From a virus (Duplodnaviria > Caudoviricetes), in IMG/VR virus record IMGVR_UViG_3300032323_000656, positions 1 through 53,169 of that record: a stretch of 53,169 bases of DNA. One strand, 5' to 3'. The notes under the pieces are model-generated. The model was given only the letters and a program-made list of their open reading frames with translations, was not told the DNA's origin and did no database searches. Each line of letters begins with the position of its first letter. Position 1 is the first letter of the stretch. The position numbers and the translations under genes are program-made. Positions 1 through 9,727 of the stretch are shown in pieces.

Positions 1-89
1 AAGTTATTAACGTACACAGACGACTGAATCACTTCGGTAATTTCTGCACCGGCTGTGTTAGTATCAAATTGTCTGTGTACTTGTGGCAT
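1..89 (-). CDS. PAAR-like baseplate spike tip protein, partial (runs off the window start)
   Basis: Not in the ORF track. Manual translation from ATG at 89 gives MPQVHRQFDTNTAGAEITEVIQSSVYVNN..., open to base 1, resembling the N-terminus of phage PAAR (gp5.4-like) proteins. Starts 1 nt after the stop of 91..399. Confidence 0.55.
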   Translation of the reverse strand, partial: MPQVHRQFDTNTAGAEITEVIQSSVYVNN

Positions 90-90
90 A

Positions 91-399
91 TTATACTATG
101 ATACTACTAGAGTTTCTAACTGGCTTAATGCCAGTTGTGCTTTCACAGTATGCATCGCTAACTTGGTCATTCGTATCTGCAACACACATGATAGTATGTG
201 CTTTGAATACAAAGTCACTGTTAGGTTCAGCAGTCATCATGAAAGGAATCATTTGAAGGCCTTCTCTGCTGGCCGCTAGAATAACAGGCTTACTGATAGT
301 AAGTCCTTCTGCTGTTTGTCCTGTAACTTTACCAACGACTTCATCGCCGTTGGCTAATTTCATACTGACAGTGTGTCCGATTTTGTTTTCTTTTAACAT
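91..399 (-). CDS. Hypothetical protein, Sm/Lsm-like beta fold
   Basis: 102 aa; VSMKLANGDEVVGKV...LTISKP pattern resembles the Sm1 motif; TAAATA late promoter just upstream (405-410). Confidence 0.5.
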   Translation of the reverse strand: MLKENKIGHTVSMKLANGDEVVGKVTGQTAEGLTISKPVILAASREGLQMIPFMMTAEPNSDFVFKAHTIMCVADTNDQVSDAYCESTTGIKPVRNSSSIIV

Positions 400-407
400 A
401 TATGTAT

Positions 408-647
408 TTATTGATTTTTAAACCACGCGACTAGATCAGTATAACCTCCAATGGCCTGATCATCGATAAAGATTTGAGGCACTGTGCGTGGTGCTGCCCC
501 TAATCTTGTTGTTAGATTTTCTAACAATGTTTCTCTTGTTTCTGCTGTGATATAGTGTTCGGTGAACTCTATACCTTTGCTTTTAAACAAGTTCTTTGCT
601 TGTACGCAATATGGACATGCGTCCTTAGTATAAATTTCTACTTTCAT
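408..647 (-). CDS. Glutaredoxin
   Basis: CPYC active site, TVPQIFI and IGGY motifs. Confidence 0.95.
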   Translation of the reverse strand: MKVEIYTKDACPYCVQAKNLFKSKGIEFTEHYITAETRETLLENLTTRLGAAPRTVPQIFIDDQAIGGYTDLVAWFKNQ

Positions 648-648
648 C

Positions 649-903
649 TTAACTTCCTTGATTTATCTTTTTCTTTGCCATAAAATCCACTAATCCAAAA
701 TAGCCGACTATAGAAACACCTTCTATGAAAATAACTGGTACAATAATTTGTTCTGTTTTTAATCGTTCTTGTAATGTGCTTATTGTATTTGTAGATTCCT
801 CGGTAATGATATGTTCTGTATAATTATAATTATTTTCTTCTAATAATTTTTTAGATTCTTGACAATACCCACAATTTTCCATTGTATAAATTTCTGCGAT
901 CAT
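649..903 (-). CDS. Second glutaredoxin-like protein
   Basis: CGYC motif, IVPVIFI, IVGY; tandem paralog of 408..647. Confidence 0.85.
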   Translation of the reverse strand: MIAEIYTMENCGYCQESKKLLEENNYNYTEHIITEESTNTISTLQERLKTEQIIVPVIFIEGVSIVGYFGLVDFMAKKKINQGS

Positions 904-1058
904 TCTTTGTCCTCAAATAAGTTCGCTTCGTATTCTTCTAATGCTGTTTGATATTGTTCTTCAGTTAATCCGTGCCAGCCATTACAGTAGCCAGTTGGAC
1001 TTCTGCCACAACCACAGGCACCAAATTCTTCGGGATTTTCTTTTACTCTAACTTGCAT
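900..1058 (-). CDS. CDGSH-type iron-sulfur domain protein
   Basis: CGCGRSPTGYCNGWH matches the C-x-C-x2-S-x3-(P)-x-C-D-G-S-H family motif with substitutions. Start reassigned to ATG 1058 (MQVRVK), with CAGGAG RBS upstream. Confidence 0.7.
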   Translation of the reverse strand: MQVRVKENPEEFGACGCGRSPTGYCNGWHGLTEEQYQTALEEYEANLFEDKE

Positions 1059-1059
1059 A

Positions 1060-1491
1060 TTATGCTCCTGCTGTATCGTATGTTTGGGCAAAGATATCTT
1101 TCTTTACTACACCATAGTCGTTAGCACCATGCTTAACGATATAATCATTGCCTGCTGTATAATGTAGTGTTTCGCCCCAGGAAGTAGGAACGCTACCATC
1201 ATGATCGGCAAGTTTGGCCAGTTTAATAATCTTCTTAGGACTGGCAATACCATTACCCAAGTCGTCTTTTAGTTCTGCAAAATTTTCAGGAGAGATAGGA
1301 TACTGTTCGCCTTTTGGTCCAGTCATTATATAATAACCTGCAGGATACTTAACAGGTCCTTCTAGTGTTTGGACAGTACCTGGCTCTTGTGAAATTTCGT
1401 AGCGTTCTTTTGCGGGCTTTTTAAAAGTTTTAAAACTACCTTGCTCAAACCATTTGTCATTAATCTGTGCTACTACTTCATTAATTTTCAT
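1060..1491 (-). CDS. PGDYG-like protein with two internal repeats
   Basis: Two similar halves: TLEG..PAGYYIMTGPKGEQYPI..F and TSWG..TAGNDYIVKHGANDYGVV..F..TY. Confidence 0.6.
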   Translation of the reverse strand: MKINEVVAQINDKWFEQGSFKTFKKPAKERYEISQEPGTVQTLEGPVKYPAGYYIMTGPKGEQYPISPENFAELKDDLGNGIASPKKIIKLAKLADHDGSVPTSWGETLHYTAGNDYIVKHGANDYGVVKKDIFAQTYDTAGA

Positions 1492-1500
1492 CGACGTTCC

Positions 1501-2601
1501 TTATAGTACAGGCAATGCATCATAATCGATACTGTCACTCATTACTCCAATAACGTAATTAGTGCTTTCGCTTTCTTGCAATGCTGTTTGTTTTTTACTT
1601 GTGTCGCTGTGCTTGTTAAACCAAGGAATAGGAGTACTCTTTGGAGCAGGACTTTGATATTTAATACCTATCTCCTTTAAAGCATTCACTGCTGTGTAGT
1701 CAACAAACTCTTTTAAGATGTTTGCATTAAGACCAATAACTGGACCCATCTTAAACAAATAATCTGCCCATGCTTTTTCTTCGCGGATAACATCCATATA
1801 CAATGCGTATACTTCTGCTTCGCATTCTTGTTTGGCTATGGCAAAGCGAGGATCTTCTTTAACTACTTGGTTGATTAAGAAAGCGGTCCAACCTTTGTGC
1901 AGTAATTCATCTTGTAGAATCAAACTGATGATGTTGCCATTGCCAATAAAGATTTTGTTTTCGACCATTGCTAAACTTGTAGCAAATGATACCATAAAGC
2001 GGAATGCTTCTAGTGCATAGCTTGCGTGTAGTGCCATATAAATTGATTTGATGTGTTCTTTTTCATCTACATCTTCGCCCATTTCTTTACGGCAATTAAC
2101 TTTGTGTAACTCATCGTAGTAACGGCCCACACTACTTGCCATATCTACGATCTCTTTTGTATCGTGTATAGTATTGAATACATCTTTAGGCACATTATAA
2201 ATGTTACGAATGATATGGCTATAACTACGACTATGGATATTTGTTTCAAAGAATGTCCAATTATAAACAAGTGCTTCTAGTTCAGGTAAACTAATAACTG
2301 GAGCAAATACTTGGCTAGGTCCGCGGCCTTGCAAACTGTCTAAGGCAGTCTGACGAAGTAAGTTACTTGTAAAGATATGTTTAACTGCATCGCTGGCATC
2401 TTTAAAATCGTTAGCATCTTTAGTAAGACTAATTTCTTCTGGAACCCAAAAGAAACCACGTGCTGTTGTTTCAAAATCTGCAATCTTTTTATATTTTACT
2501 TCTTCAAATCTTTGAATAGTTACAGGACCTTCCGGGTCCAAAAACATTTTTCTATTCAAATAGTCTGTCTTTGTGTTTAAGTTATATTGTTGTTTACTCA
2601 T
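1501..2601 (-). CDS. nrdB: Ribonucleotide reductase class Ia beta subunit
   Basis: FFWVPEEI, DSLQGR, ETNIHSRSY (radical Tyr), LEAFRF and DELLH diiron motifs; 366 aa. Confidence 0.97.
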   Translation of the reverse strand: MSKQQYNLNTKTDYLNRKMFLDPEGPVTIQRFEEVKYKKIADFETTARGFFWVPEEISLTKDANDFKDASDAVKHIFTSNLLRQTALDSLQGRGPSQVFAPVISLPELEALVYNWTFFETNIHSRSYSHIIRNIYNVPKDVFNTIHDTKEIVDMASSVGRYYDELHKVNCRKEMGEDVDEKEHIKSIYMALHASYALEAFRFMVSFATSLAMVENKIFIGNGNIISLILQDELLHKGWTAFLINQVVKEDPRFAIAKQECEAEVYALYMDVIREEKAWADYLFKMGPVIGLNANILKEFVDYTAVNALKEIGIKYQSPAPKSTPIPWFNKHSDTSKKQTALQESESTNYVIGVMSDSIDYDALPVL

Positions 2602-3056
2602 TTTTTATATTTTTCCAAAAGTTTATCGTGAATGGGTCCCATAGAAGGACCTGTATATTCTAAGGTTGCACTATTGCACTGATCTATATTATCCCATTTA
2701 CTGATTACTAGTAATGCGGCACCATCTGCACCAACAGTAAATCCATGATCGACTCCAACCGGAAGTATATTACCTATATTTCCTATGTCTTTTTCGTTAT
2801 ACAGTCTTTTGTTTTCTAAAGTTCTGTACCCGATAAAACTTCCGCCTAAAAATATACTTACAGTTTCAAACGGATGATTGTGCAACGGCACCACAGTATT
2901 AGGAAATAAATGATATTCTTCTACTAAAAAATTATCCTGTACAAATATGATTGTACTAGAACTACAATCTGTATGATAAATTTTTCCCGACCATGGGTTT
3001 ACATTTTTAGGAAAATTTAATGATTTATACCAAGAACAGAATTCTATTAATTTCAT
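2598..3056 (-). CDS. Cupin-domain protein
   Basis: PLHNHPFE...GVDHGF cupin metal-binding motifs. Confidence 0.7.
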   Translation of the reverse strand: MKLIEFCSWYKSLNFPKNVNPWSGKIYHTDCSSSTIIFVQDNFLVEEYHLFPNTVVPLHNHPFETVSIFLGGSFIGYRTLENKRLYNEKDIGNIGNILPVGVDHGFTVGADGAALLVISKWDNIDQCNSATLEYTGPSMGPIHDKLLEKYKK

Positions 3057-3086
3057 AAGTTGTATAAGAATTTAATTTATATTGCT

Positions 3087-3746
3087 TTATTTGTAATTTC
3101 CTGATGCTAATACAATTTTGCAAATATGTTCTAATCTTTCTATATGCTCGTAGGCACGCCACGGACTAGTATCAACAGCGACTACACCATGTCCTTTAAT
3201 GCCCACAATATCATAGGCAATATTACCATCATTGTCTAATTGTAACATCTTATGACACTGGTCTGCAAGCTCTTGGCTAATCGGCGCCACATCGCCTACA
3301 TTAGGCGCTACTCGTGTATAACGATTTAGTTCCGGGAACGCTGAACTAATTGTACTCAAATCAATACCGGCATGCATAGCCGCAATACAATATGTAGGAT
3401 GTACGTGAACAACAACTCGAACATCATTTTTGTGCTGACCCATTTCTTTCTGTAGACCAAAATGTAATGGAAGTTCGCCGCTGGGTTTTAAATTGGCACT
3501 AATGTCACTGTAAGGAAGTTCGCGCCAATTATAGTTAAATGTTGCGGTACCATACCCGCTGTGTATTGTTTTATCAATACTAATTTTTTTAAATTGATCC
3601 GGCTGCATTGTCTGCTTCCGTACACCGCTAGGTGTGATATAAAAGTGATCGCGGTCGTGATGACGAATGCTTACATTACCATCACGACTAGTAATCCAGT
3701 TACGCTTATAAGCGTCTACCATAATATCGCAAATTGTTTCTAACAT
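3087..3746 (-). CDS. Class II aldolase/adducin family protein
   Basis: DGNVS, ITPSG, PSGELPLH, VVHVHP, GHGVV motifs. Confidence 0.92.
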   Translation of the reverse strand: MLETICDIMVDAYKRNWITSRDGNVSIRHHDRDHFYITPSGVRKQTMQPDQFKKISIDKTIHSGYGTATFNYNWRELPYSDISANLKPSGELPLHFGLQKEMGQHKNDVRVVVHVHPTYCIAAMHAGIDLSTISSAFPELNRYTRVAPNVGDVAPISQELADQCHKMLQLDNDGNIAYDIVGIKGHGVVAVDTSPWRAYEHIERLEHICKIVLASGNYK

Positions 3747-6091
3747 TATAACTTACAAGCCTCGCAGTCGTCATCAAGTTCGTCTTGTTGATTAAAATTT
3801 AAACTGATAACATTATCAGGTTGTTGTTCTTCTACAGCCCTACTACCTGCTTTATTAATCAAACTATAGTAGAAAGTTTTCAAACCCCAGTAATGACTTT
3901 GCATCAAGTTCTTAGCAATCAATGTTGTTGGAACTTTTCTATCAGCAAAGTAAGCAGGATTATAGAATGTATTAGTGCTGATACTTTGATCAACATAGGC
4001 AGCAATAACGGCTGCTGTTTTTAGATAACCATCGCAGTCTTTCTGTTCCCACATTAGCTGATACTTATTTTTCAACTTGTGATATTCAGGCACAACTTGT
4101 GTAAATGATCCCGCTTTACTTTCTTTAGTACTAATCAAGCTCATTGGCATTTCAATACCATTAGTACTATTGATAACAACACTACTACTTTCAACGGGTG
4201 CAACTGCCATTTGTGTAGCATTACGAACACCATGTTCTTTCATTTGAACACGTAGAGTTTCCCAATCTAATTCAGGAGTAAAGTCTGCAAGTTCATTAAC
4301 GCCCTTGGCACGTAGTTCCCAAGGGAAAGTGCCTTTACCATAACGTGTATGATCACTGCCTTCACAACGGCCACGTTCTTTAGCAAGTTCGACACTGGCT
4401 TCTGTTAGGTAAAATGCTTGATGTTCCATCCAAGATTTAACTTCAGCCAATGCATCTTTTTCGCCGTACCTCAAGCTACGCTTGGCATGCCAATATGCCA
4501 AGTTAGTAATACCGATTCCTAGAGGACGAATCTCGTCATTGCTTAACTTAGACTGGATGGAAAGAAAGTCTTGATAGTCAAGAATATTATTAAGACTACG
4601 GTGCAAAATGCGACAAGCACGGCGCATATCTTCAGGATTACGGAACGCACCCCAGTTAATTGAACCGAGCGTACATAGCGCAATACGCCCGGCATCGTCA
4701 TCAAGACGCTTAAAAGACTTAGTAGGAAGAAGAATTTCACAGCAAAGGTTACTCTGATAAATTGTATGATACTCGGGATCAAACGGGCCTTGGTTCATGA
4801 CATTGTCTACAAACACAAGATAGATACGACCTGTATCAGTGCGTTCTTTTAAGATACCACTCTTGAATACTTCCTCTGCACTCATTGTTTTCTTACGAAG
4901 TCCTGCTGTATTTTCATACTTTACATAAAGCTCTTCGAACTTTTCGGTATTACTGTAAAATGCTTCGTATAAGTCAGGTACTTCGTTGGGATCAAAGAAT
5001 GTTATCGCTTCTTTGTTTTTAAACCTGCGCCAGAAGAACGCGGAGAGAACAACTCCGTAGTCCATGAAACGGACGCGGGTTTCATCTGTTCCTTGGTTGT
5101 TTTTAAGTACAATAAGGTCGTCAAACTGGTGATGCCAGATTGGATAAAAGACAGTAGCACTTGCATTGCGAATTCCTCCTTGTGAACATGAACGTAGGTC
5201 ACCGAACCATTTCTTTAAAAATGGAATCATACCTGTGTGCATGATTTCGCCGCCCCTAATGGGACTTCCTAAAGGACGTAGTCGCCCAATTTCTAAACCG
5301 ATGCCAGCACGTTTGCTGGCATACTTGGCCATCATTTCGCCACTAGCAAATATAGAATCGAGATCGTCATCACTACGGATAAGAACGCAACTGCTAAACT
5401 GTTTAGTTGGAGTACCAAGCCCAGCAAGCACAGGAGTAGCGAGAGTGAAAAGACCATCACTGGCAGCATTGTAATATTCCTTTATATAGCGCAAACGAGC
5501 ACTGTTAGGCTCTTCTTTATGAAACACTGTTGCAGCCGCAACCATGTATCTAATCTGTGGAGTTTCATAAGTTTCTTTTGTACTACGATTCTTGACCAGA
5601 TACTTTTCGATAAGTTGTTCAATAGCAGAATAACTGTATTCTTCGTCCTTTTCATGATCCAACATGTCATTCATACGATTCCAGTCTTCTTGTGTGTACC
5701 AGTCAAGAAGTTCGCTAGTGTATAGACCTGTTGCTACATTCTTTTTAACGATGTCATAAAGGTGTGGTACTTCGTAACTACCATAGACATCTTTCCGTAG
5801 CATACTCAGACGTTGCTTGCCTGCTACGAATTGATAATTGGTGTGTCCGATATCTGGATTGGCTTCTACGTCGATAAGGTTAACAATAGCTCTAAGTGTA
5901 ATCTCGTCAATTTCTTGTGTAGTAATACCATCATAAAAATGAGGTTGTGCTTTGATCTCTACCATGCTCTGACTCACGTCTGCTATACCTGCACATATCT
6001 TAGTAATTTGAGCTTGCCATTTCTCGATCATTAATTGCTCTTTTTGCCCATTGCGTTTAATAACAGTGATGGCTTTGGCTGATGTTGTCAT
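3746..6091 (-). CDS. nrdA: Ribonucleotide reductase class Ia alpha subunit
   Basis: N-terminal ATP cone (VIKRNG), SSCVL, CSQGGIRNA, SNLCCEI, KTFYY and C-terminal CEAC; uninterrupted 781 aa. Confidence 0.98.
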   Translation of the reverse strand: MTTSAKAITVIKRNGQKEQLMIEKWQAQITKICAGIADVSQSMVEIKAQPHFYDGITTQEIDEITLRAIVNLIDVEANPDIGHTNYQFVAGKQRLSMLRKDVYGSYEVPHLYDIVKKNVATGLYTSELLDWYTQEDWNRMNDMLDHEKDEEYSYSAIEQLIEKYLVKNRSTKETYETPQIRYMVAAATVFHKEEPNSARLRYIKEYYNAASDGLFTLATPVLAGLGTPTKQFSSCVLIRSDDDLDSIFASGEMMAKYASKRAGIGLEIGRLRPLGSPIRGGEIMHTGMIPFLKKWFGDLRSCSQGGIRNASATVFYPIWHHQFDDLIVLKNNQGTDETRVRFMDYGVVLSAFFWRRFKNKEAITFFDPNEVPDLYEAFYSNTEKFEELYVKYENTAGLRKKTMSAEEVFKSGILKERTDTGRIYLVFVDNVMNQGPFDPEYHTIYQSNLCCEILLPTKSFKRLDDDAGRIALCTLGSINWGAFRNPEDMRRACRILHRSLNNILDYQDFLSIQSKLSNDEIRPLGIGITNLAYWHAKRSLRYGEKDALAEVKSWMEHQAFYLTEASVELAKERGRCEGSDHTRYGKGTFPWELRAKGVNELADFTPELDWETLRVQMKEHGVRNATQMAVAPVESSSVVINSTNGIEMPMSLISTKESKAGSFTQVVPEYHKLKNKYQLMWEQKDCDGYLKTAAVIAAYVDQSISTNTFYNPAYFADRKVPTTLIAKNLMQSHYWGLKTFYYSLINKAGSRAVEEQQPDNVISLNFNQQDELDDDCEACKL

Positions 6092-6159
6092 TTGTACTTG
6101 TTTCCTTGATTGTTCGTTTGTTTTAGTATTCTATTTAACTCAACAATGTAATAATTCTG

Positions 6160-6612
6160 TTATATTTTAATGTGAGTTAAATCATCTTTAGTGATCTTAT
6201 TTAGAAGCTCAAAGTCGCATTCTTCAATGCTCATTACTTGTCCTAGGGTATAATTTAGCACAGTTTTCTTATCAATAACTACTACTAAATGTATATCTTT
6301 TTCACTAAAATTATTCACTAACCATAGTTCTACATTTGTATTAGGCGCTGTCATCCAAAGGGTATATGCTTGTCCTAGGGCAATGGCGCTACGACAAAAC
6401 TCGCCGCGACTAATCATATCCCACGGAGTAGGCCATGTTTCGGGTTTGTAAGGATCTATAGTTTTACGGACCCATGGTGAGAATGTCCACCATGTATTAA
6501 CAGCGTTAACTATACTGTCTACTGACATATCTACAGCATTTTGTCTCAACTCTCTCCAAGCTAAGATTTTTTCCGTAGTAGTCTTATACCAAATACTTAA
6601 ATTATTTTCCAC
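6160..6612 (-). CDS. Transglutaminase-like/BTLCP-like cysteine protease-fold protein
   Basis: WPTPWDM...GEFC...A..YTL and HLVVVID...LNY resemble C93/BTLCP motifs. Start probably GTG 6612, just downstream of TATAAATA (6621-6628); the longer ORF overlaps the neighbouring gene. Confidence 0.45.
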   Translation of the reverse strand: MENNLSIWYKTTTEKILAWRELRQNAVDMSVDSIVNAVNTWWTFSPWVRKTIDPYKPETWPTPWDMISRGEFCRSAIALGQAYTLWMTAPNTNVELWLVNNFSEKDIHLVVVIDKKTVLNYTLGQVMSIEECDFELLNKITKDDLTHIKI

Positions 6613-6619
6613 TAGATGC

Positions 6620-7285
6620 TTATTTATAATATTGATCAACTCGTCGAGACCACAAATCACTGTAATGATCAAACTCATTTCCTTCGATGACAAAACTTTG
6701 TAATTTTGCATCTCGGTCAATAATGTTGATTACTGCTTTTTTAATGTCAGTGCCATGAACTTCATTGTGTGCTAATGCATAGGCACAACATTGCAGAAAG
6801 TAATCTTCAATCCATTCTTTCTTCTTTGTTTTTTTAGTAGTCTTATGGTCAATAATTGCAGGCGTGCCTTTGTGAACACCAATCATGTCACTGGTACCTG
6901 CATATAGTCCAGGATAATATAAAGATGCTTCAATGCCCCATACTTCGTCGATTTCACAGAACGCTTCGTTAATCATAGTATCAGCCATAGCACGAGCCAT
7001 AATTTGAACTTGATTATTTCCTTGCGGACGTTCTTTGCCTAGTACATGATATTCTAAATGCGTATGCATTAGTGTACCGAGTCCTGCCGACTCTGTGCTA
7101 ATGCGAGTTGCTTCGGCATCACCTACACGTTTACGCCATTCAATTAAGAATGTTTTATCTTTAGTCGAATCAAGAATTGTTGTGACGCTAGGAACTTTGA
7201 TGCCATCTGGGCAAGCATAAAGTCGCTTGCCAGTAGATTCGTCACGTTTGAGTTTTTTGTATTCATAAATTGGATTTAGTAACAT
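6620..7285 (-). CDS. PD-(D/E)xK exonuclease (Cas4/lambda-exo-like phage exonuclease)
   Basis: PSVTTIL, GTLMH, YAGTSD, IIDHKT, Q..AYA motifs. Confidence 0.9.
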   Translation of the reverse strand: MLLNPIYEYKKLKRDESTGKRLYACPDGIKVPSVTTILDSTKDKTFLIEWRKRVGDAEATRISTESAGLGTLMHTHLEYHVLGKERPQGNNQVQIMARAMADTMINEAFCEIDEVWGIEASLYYPGLYAGTSDMIGVHKGTPAIIDHKTTKKTKKKEWIEDYFLQCCAYALAHNEVHGTDIKKAVINIIDRDAKLQSFVIEGNEFDHYSDLWSRRVDQYYK

Positions 7286-7292
7286 ATAAACT

Positions 7293-7321
7293 ATTATACA
7301 CTATTTCTAGTGCATAGTCTA
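7293..7321 (-). promoter_or_regulatory. sigma70-type promoter TAGACT-N17-TATAAT for the exonuclease
   Basis: Hexamers read directly at 7316-7321 and 7293-7298. Confidence 0.65.
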
Positions 7322-7329
7322 TCTATTAA

Positions 7330-7650
7330 TTACCAATAAACTGTCCAATTAAATGTATTACCAGTGGAAGAATTTGTTTTACGTTCTATAGTATAACCAA
7401 GGTCTGTAAAATATTGAATTATAGTTGCCATTTGTTTTTCTTTGGCTCGGTCGTTGGTATTACCTCTCCAAACATTAAAGTAAGCAGGAGTAGTAGACAT
7501 AGTAGTATTGTTTAATATTACTTCATATGCACCATTTGCACTAGCTGTCAAAATACCCAGTTCAATGGATCTAACTTCGTTAAAAATAATTAAGTCATTT
7601 TGAGCTTTGCTTCTAGCTTGGTTAGCGGTTAACATAATCGATGTTATCAT
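7330..7650 (-). CDS. Hypothetical protein (probable virion protein)
   Basis: 106-aa ORF coupled to its upstream neighbour in a late gene block. Confidence 0.6.
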   Translation of the reverse strand: MITSIMLTANQARSKAQNDLIIFNEVRSIELGILTASANGAYEVILNNTTMSTTPAYFNVWRGNTNDRAKEKQMATIIQYFTDLGYTIERKTNSSTGNTFNWTVYW

Positions 7651-7973
7651 TTTAATTTATCCATTGCTTGTTGTAATGCTGTACTTTTCATTTTAGCAAC
7701 ATTTTGATCAAACTTGCTAGTCACAGATTTAATTTCGTTATTGTTCAATACTATTTCATCGTAGGTTGCTGTTGTAATGATATCTTTTAGACTCTTTCTG
7801 TGTTTATTAATAATATTAACTAATAATTCCGGAGTAATACTAGAATCTTGGATATCGTTAGTTAGCTGACTTAACGGAACAGATTTAGCACCTTCAGCCT
7901 TTGCTCTTAAAAGCAAAGGCTTGATGATTGACAAAACTTGATCGTCACTGTCGACAAATTCGTATAAACGCAT
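7647..7973 (-). CDS. Hypothetical protein
   Basis: 108 aa; MRLYEF N-terminus; overlaps both neighbours. Confidence 0.6.
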   Translation of the reverse strand: MRLYEFVDSDDQVLSIIKPLLLRAKAEGAKSVPLSQLTNDIQDSSITPELLVNIINKHRKSLKDIITTATYDEIVLNNNEIKSVTSKFDQNVAKMKSTALQQAMDKLK

Positions 7974-8647
7974 TACTTCAACTCACGGCCTGTTGGCAAT
8001 TCTTCTTCGCCACCGGCAGCGTTAGATAAAGCAAATTCATCACCTGCTGGCTCTAATTCTGGACTTGGAACTCCGGTACCACTTAGATCGTTGCCCATAG
8101 GAGCTTCGCCTTTTAGTACAGCAACCGCATTACTCAATGCATCTTTTGCTGCCTTAACTGCATCTAACAATGTACTAAATGTTTCGTCAGCACTTTGTCC
8201 AAATGTTTGTCCTTGCTCTTGTCCAAACGTTGTCTTCATTTTTTCTTCTAAAGGCATTAGTTCGTCAGTTTGCATTTGTGCTACATCTTCAGCCATCTTT
8301 TGCAAGTCGTCGACCATGTTTTGAGCAACAAGGATAAGTTCGGCTTGTGCTAAATCTTCGCCGCTTTGTTCGTTCATTTTGCGAGTTGTTCTCATTGGAC
8401 CAATCTCTTTAAGAATATGACGAAGAGCTTCGATAATCATTGTATTCTTTACGTAAGTAGCGTCATTTTGAAAGCCAACTTGTGTACTGGCCATTTGATG
8501 GTTTTCCATAACTAGTTTACTGATCAAAGATTGTACTTTGACTGCATCTCCGTGTGCAGCTAATTTTAAGCCGTAGTGGCTGTTTAAAAAGTTTTCTACT
8601 ACACGTTGTTTACGTTGTGCAGGGTTAAAAATTTCAGAGGTATTCAT
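7973..8647 (-). CDS. Hypothetical helical/acidic protein (prohead core/scaffold-like)
   Basis: 224 aa, coiled-coil middle, acidic tail ending GRELK; TAAATA upstream (~8666-8671). Confidence 0.55.
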   Translation of the reverse strand: MNTSEIFNPAQRKQRVVENFLNSHYGLKLAAHGDAVKVQSLISKLVMENHQMASTQVGFQNDATYVKNTMIIEALRHILKEIGPMRTTRKMNEQSGEDLAQAELILVAQNMVDDLQKMAEDVAQMQTDELMPLEEKMKTTFGQEQGQTFGQSADETFSTLLDAVKAAKDALSNAVAVLKGEAPMGNDLSGTGVPSPELEPAGDEFALSNAAGGEEELPTGRELK

Positions 8648-8671
8648 AATAGGTATCCTTTAGATTATTTA

Positions 8672-9163
8672 TCAATATGTTTTAGATAATTTGGTTTTTG
8701 TTTCTTCTAATCTTAATTTAGCATCAGACAATCTATCTGCAAATAAAGAAATCAGTTCTTGATTTACCGAATTCATCTTCTGTCTATAGAATTTAATGTT
8801 TTCTAAACATCGAAAGTATTCTTGATCTAGTTCATATATTATATTTTCTTTAGGCGCAGTTTTATGAGCTCCTTTATTTAAAGCAAATATTATATGTAAC
8901 GCACTAGAAAATAATGCAATATTATCAAACACTGTATCTTTAGTATATAAGTCTATGATAGAATAGTTGTTTTTAGTTCGAACATTTAAACTATATCTAT
9001 CATAGAACACTAGACATCGTTCTTGTTCTTTCATCGTAACCAGCATACCTAATATATTAGTAGGTATTGCGTCATCTAGCATTGCAGCCACTTTTGACGA
9101 CAATCTAGTTGCTCCTTTTTTATCTACTGAATAATCTGTAGATAATGGTTTCTGTTTTTTCAT
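8672..9163 (-). CDS. Hypothetical protein
   Basis: 163-aa ORF in the operon. Confidence 0.55.
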   Translation of the reverse strand: MKKQKPLSTDYSVDKKGATRLSSKVAAMLDDAIPTNILGMLVTMKEQERCLVFYDRYSLNVRTKNNYSIIDLYTKDTVFDNIALFSSALHIIFALNKGAHKTAPKENIIYELDQEYFRCLENIKFYRQKMNSVNQELISLFADRLSDAKLRLEETKTKLSKTY

Positions 9164-9335
9164 CGTATATTCTATCTAATAATCCTAGCCCTGTCATTTG
9201 TTCGGCTATTTTTTGTTTACGCTCATCTAAATCTATTCTGGCAATTTGACTATGTTCTTTTACTAACTTAACGAGTTCTTGTTGCTCGTTGGTTATCATT
9301 GTTTTAATACCCGATGCTAACTCAACTATTTTCAT
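9120..9335 (-). CDS. Small hypothetical protein (possible winged helix)
   Basis: 71 aa, MKIVEL start, ATGA overlap with the upstream gene. Confidence 0.55.
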   Translation of the reverse strand: MKIVELASGIKTMITNEQQELVKLVKEHSQIARIDLDERKQKIAEQMTGLGLLDRIYDEKTETIIYRLFSR

Positions 9336-9727
9336 TTTGAAAAATTCTTCCAGCCGCTGGCTACTGCACTCTTAGTACCAGTATCAGGTCGTTCTTGACT
9401 GCCTTTGCTACTAATATTAATGCTTTTAACACCCATCAATTTATCAGCTAATTTGATCTGTGCAACTTCGGCATCAGTGTAGCCAACTAATCCGATATTT
9501 TCTGCCCAAACACTTTCTTGTTCAAATTCTTCGCCTTGCCGGGCTGCTGCCGCTGCTAATGCTAATCCGTAACGCATTTGCATATAAGTGTCGGTATTTC
9601 TAAGTTCTGGTTCTATCATAGCATTTGGTAATGATTCGTCTACTGTGCTGTGCTTAACAACACCATAGTTTTTATGTTTTCCGTGGAAACCTTTATATGT
9701 TTCTGTAACTATGTCGCGTATTTTCAT
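9332..9727 (-). CDS. Hypothetical protein (probable head-internal protein)
   Basis: 131 aa, MKIRDIVTE N-terminus. Confidence 0.55.
   Translation of the reverse strand: MKIRDIVTETYKGFHGKHKNYGVVKHSTVDESLPNAMIEPELRNTDTYMQMRYGLALAAAAARQGEEFEQESVWAENIGLVGYTDAEVAQIKLADKLMGVKSINISSKGSQERPDTGTKSAVASGWKNFSK

Noticed and set aside
6620-7285. Cas4-like nuclease as evidence of a CRISPR system
   Set aside because: Stand-alone PD-(D/E)xK exonucleases are common in phages; no array or other cas genes in the window
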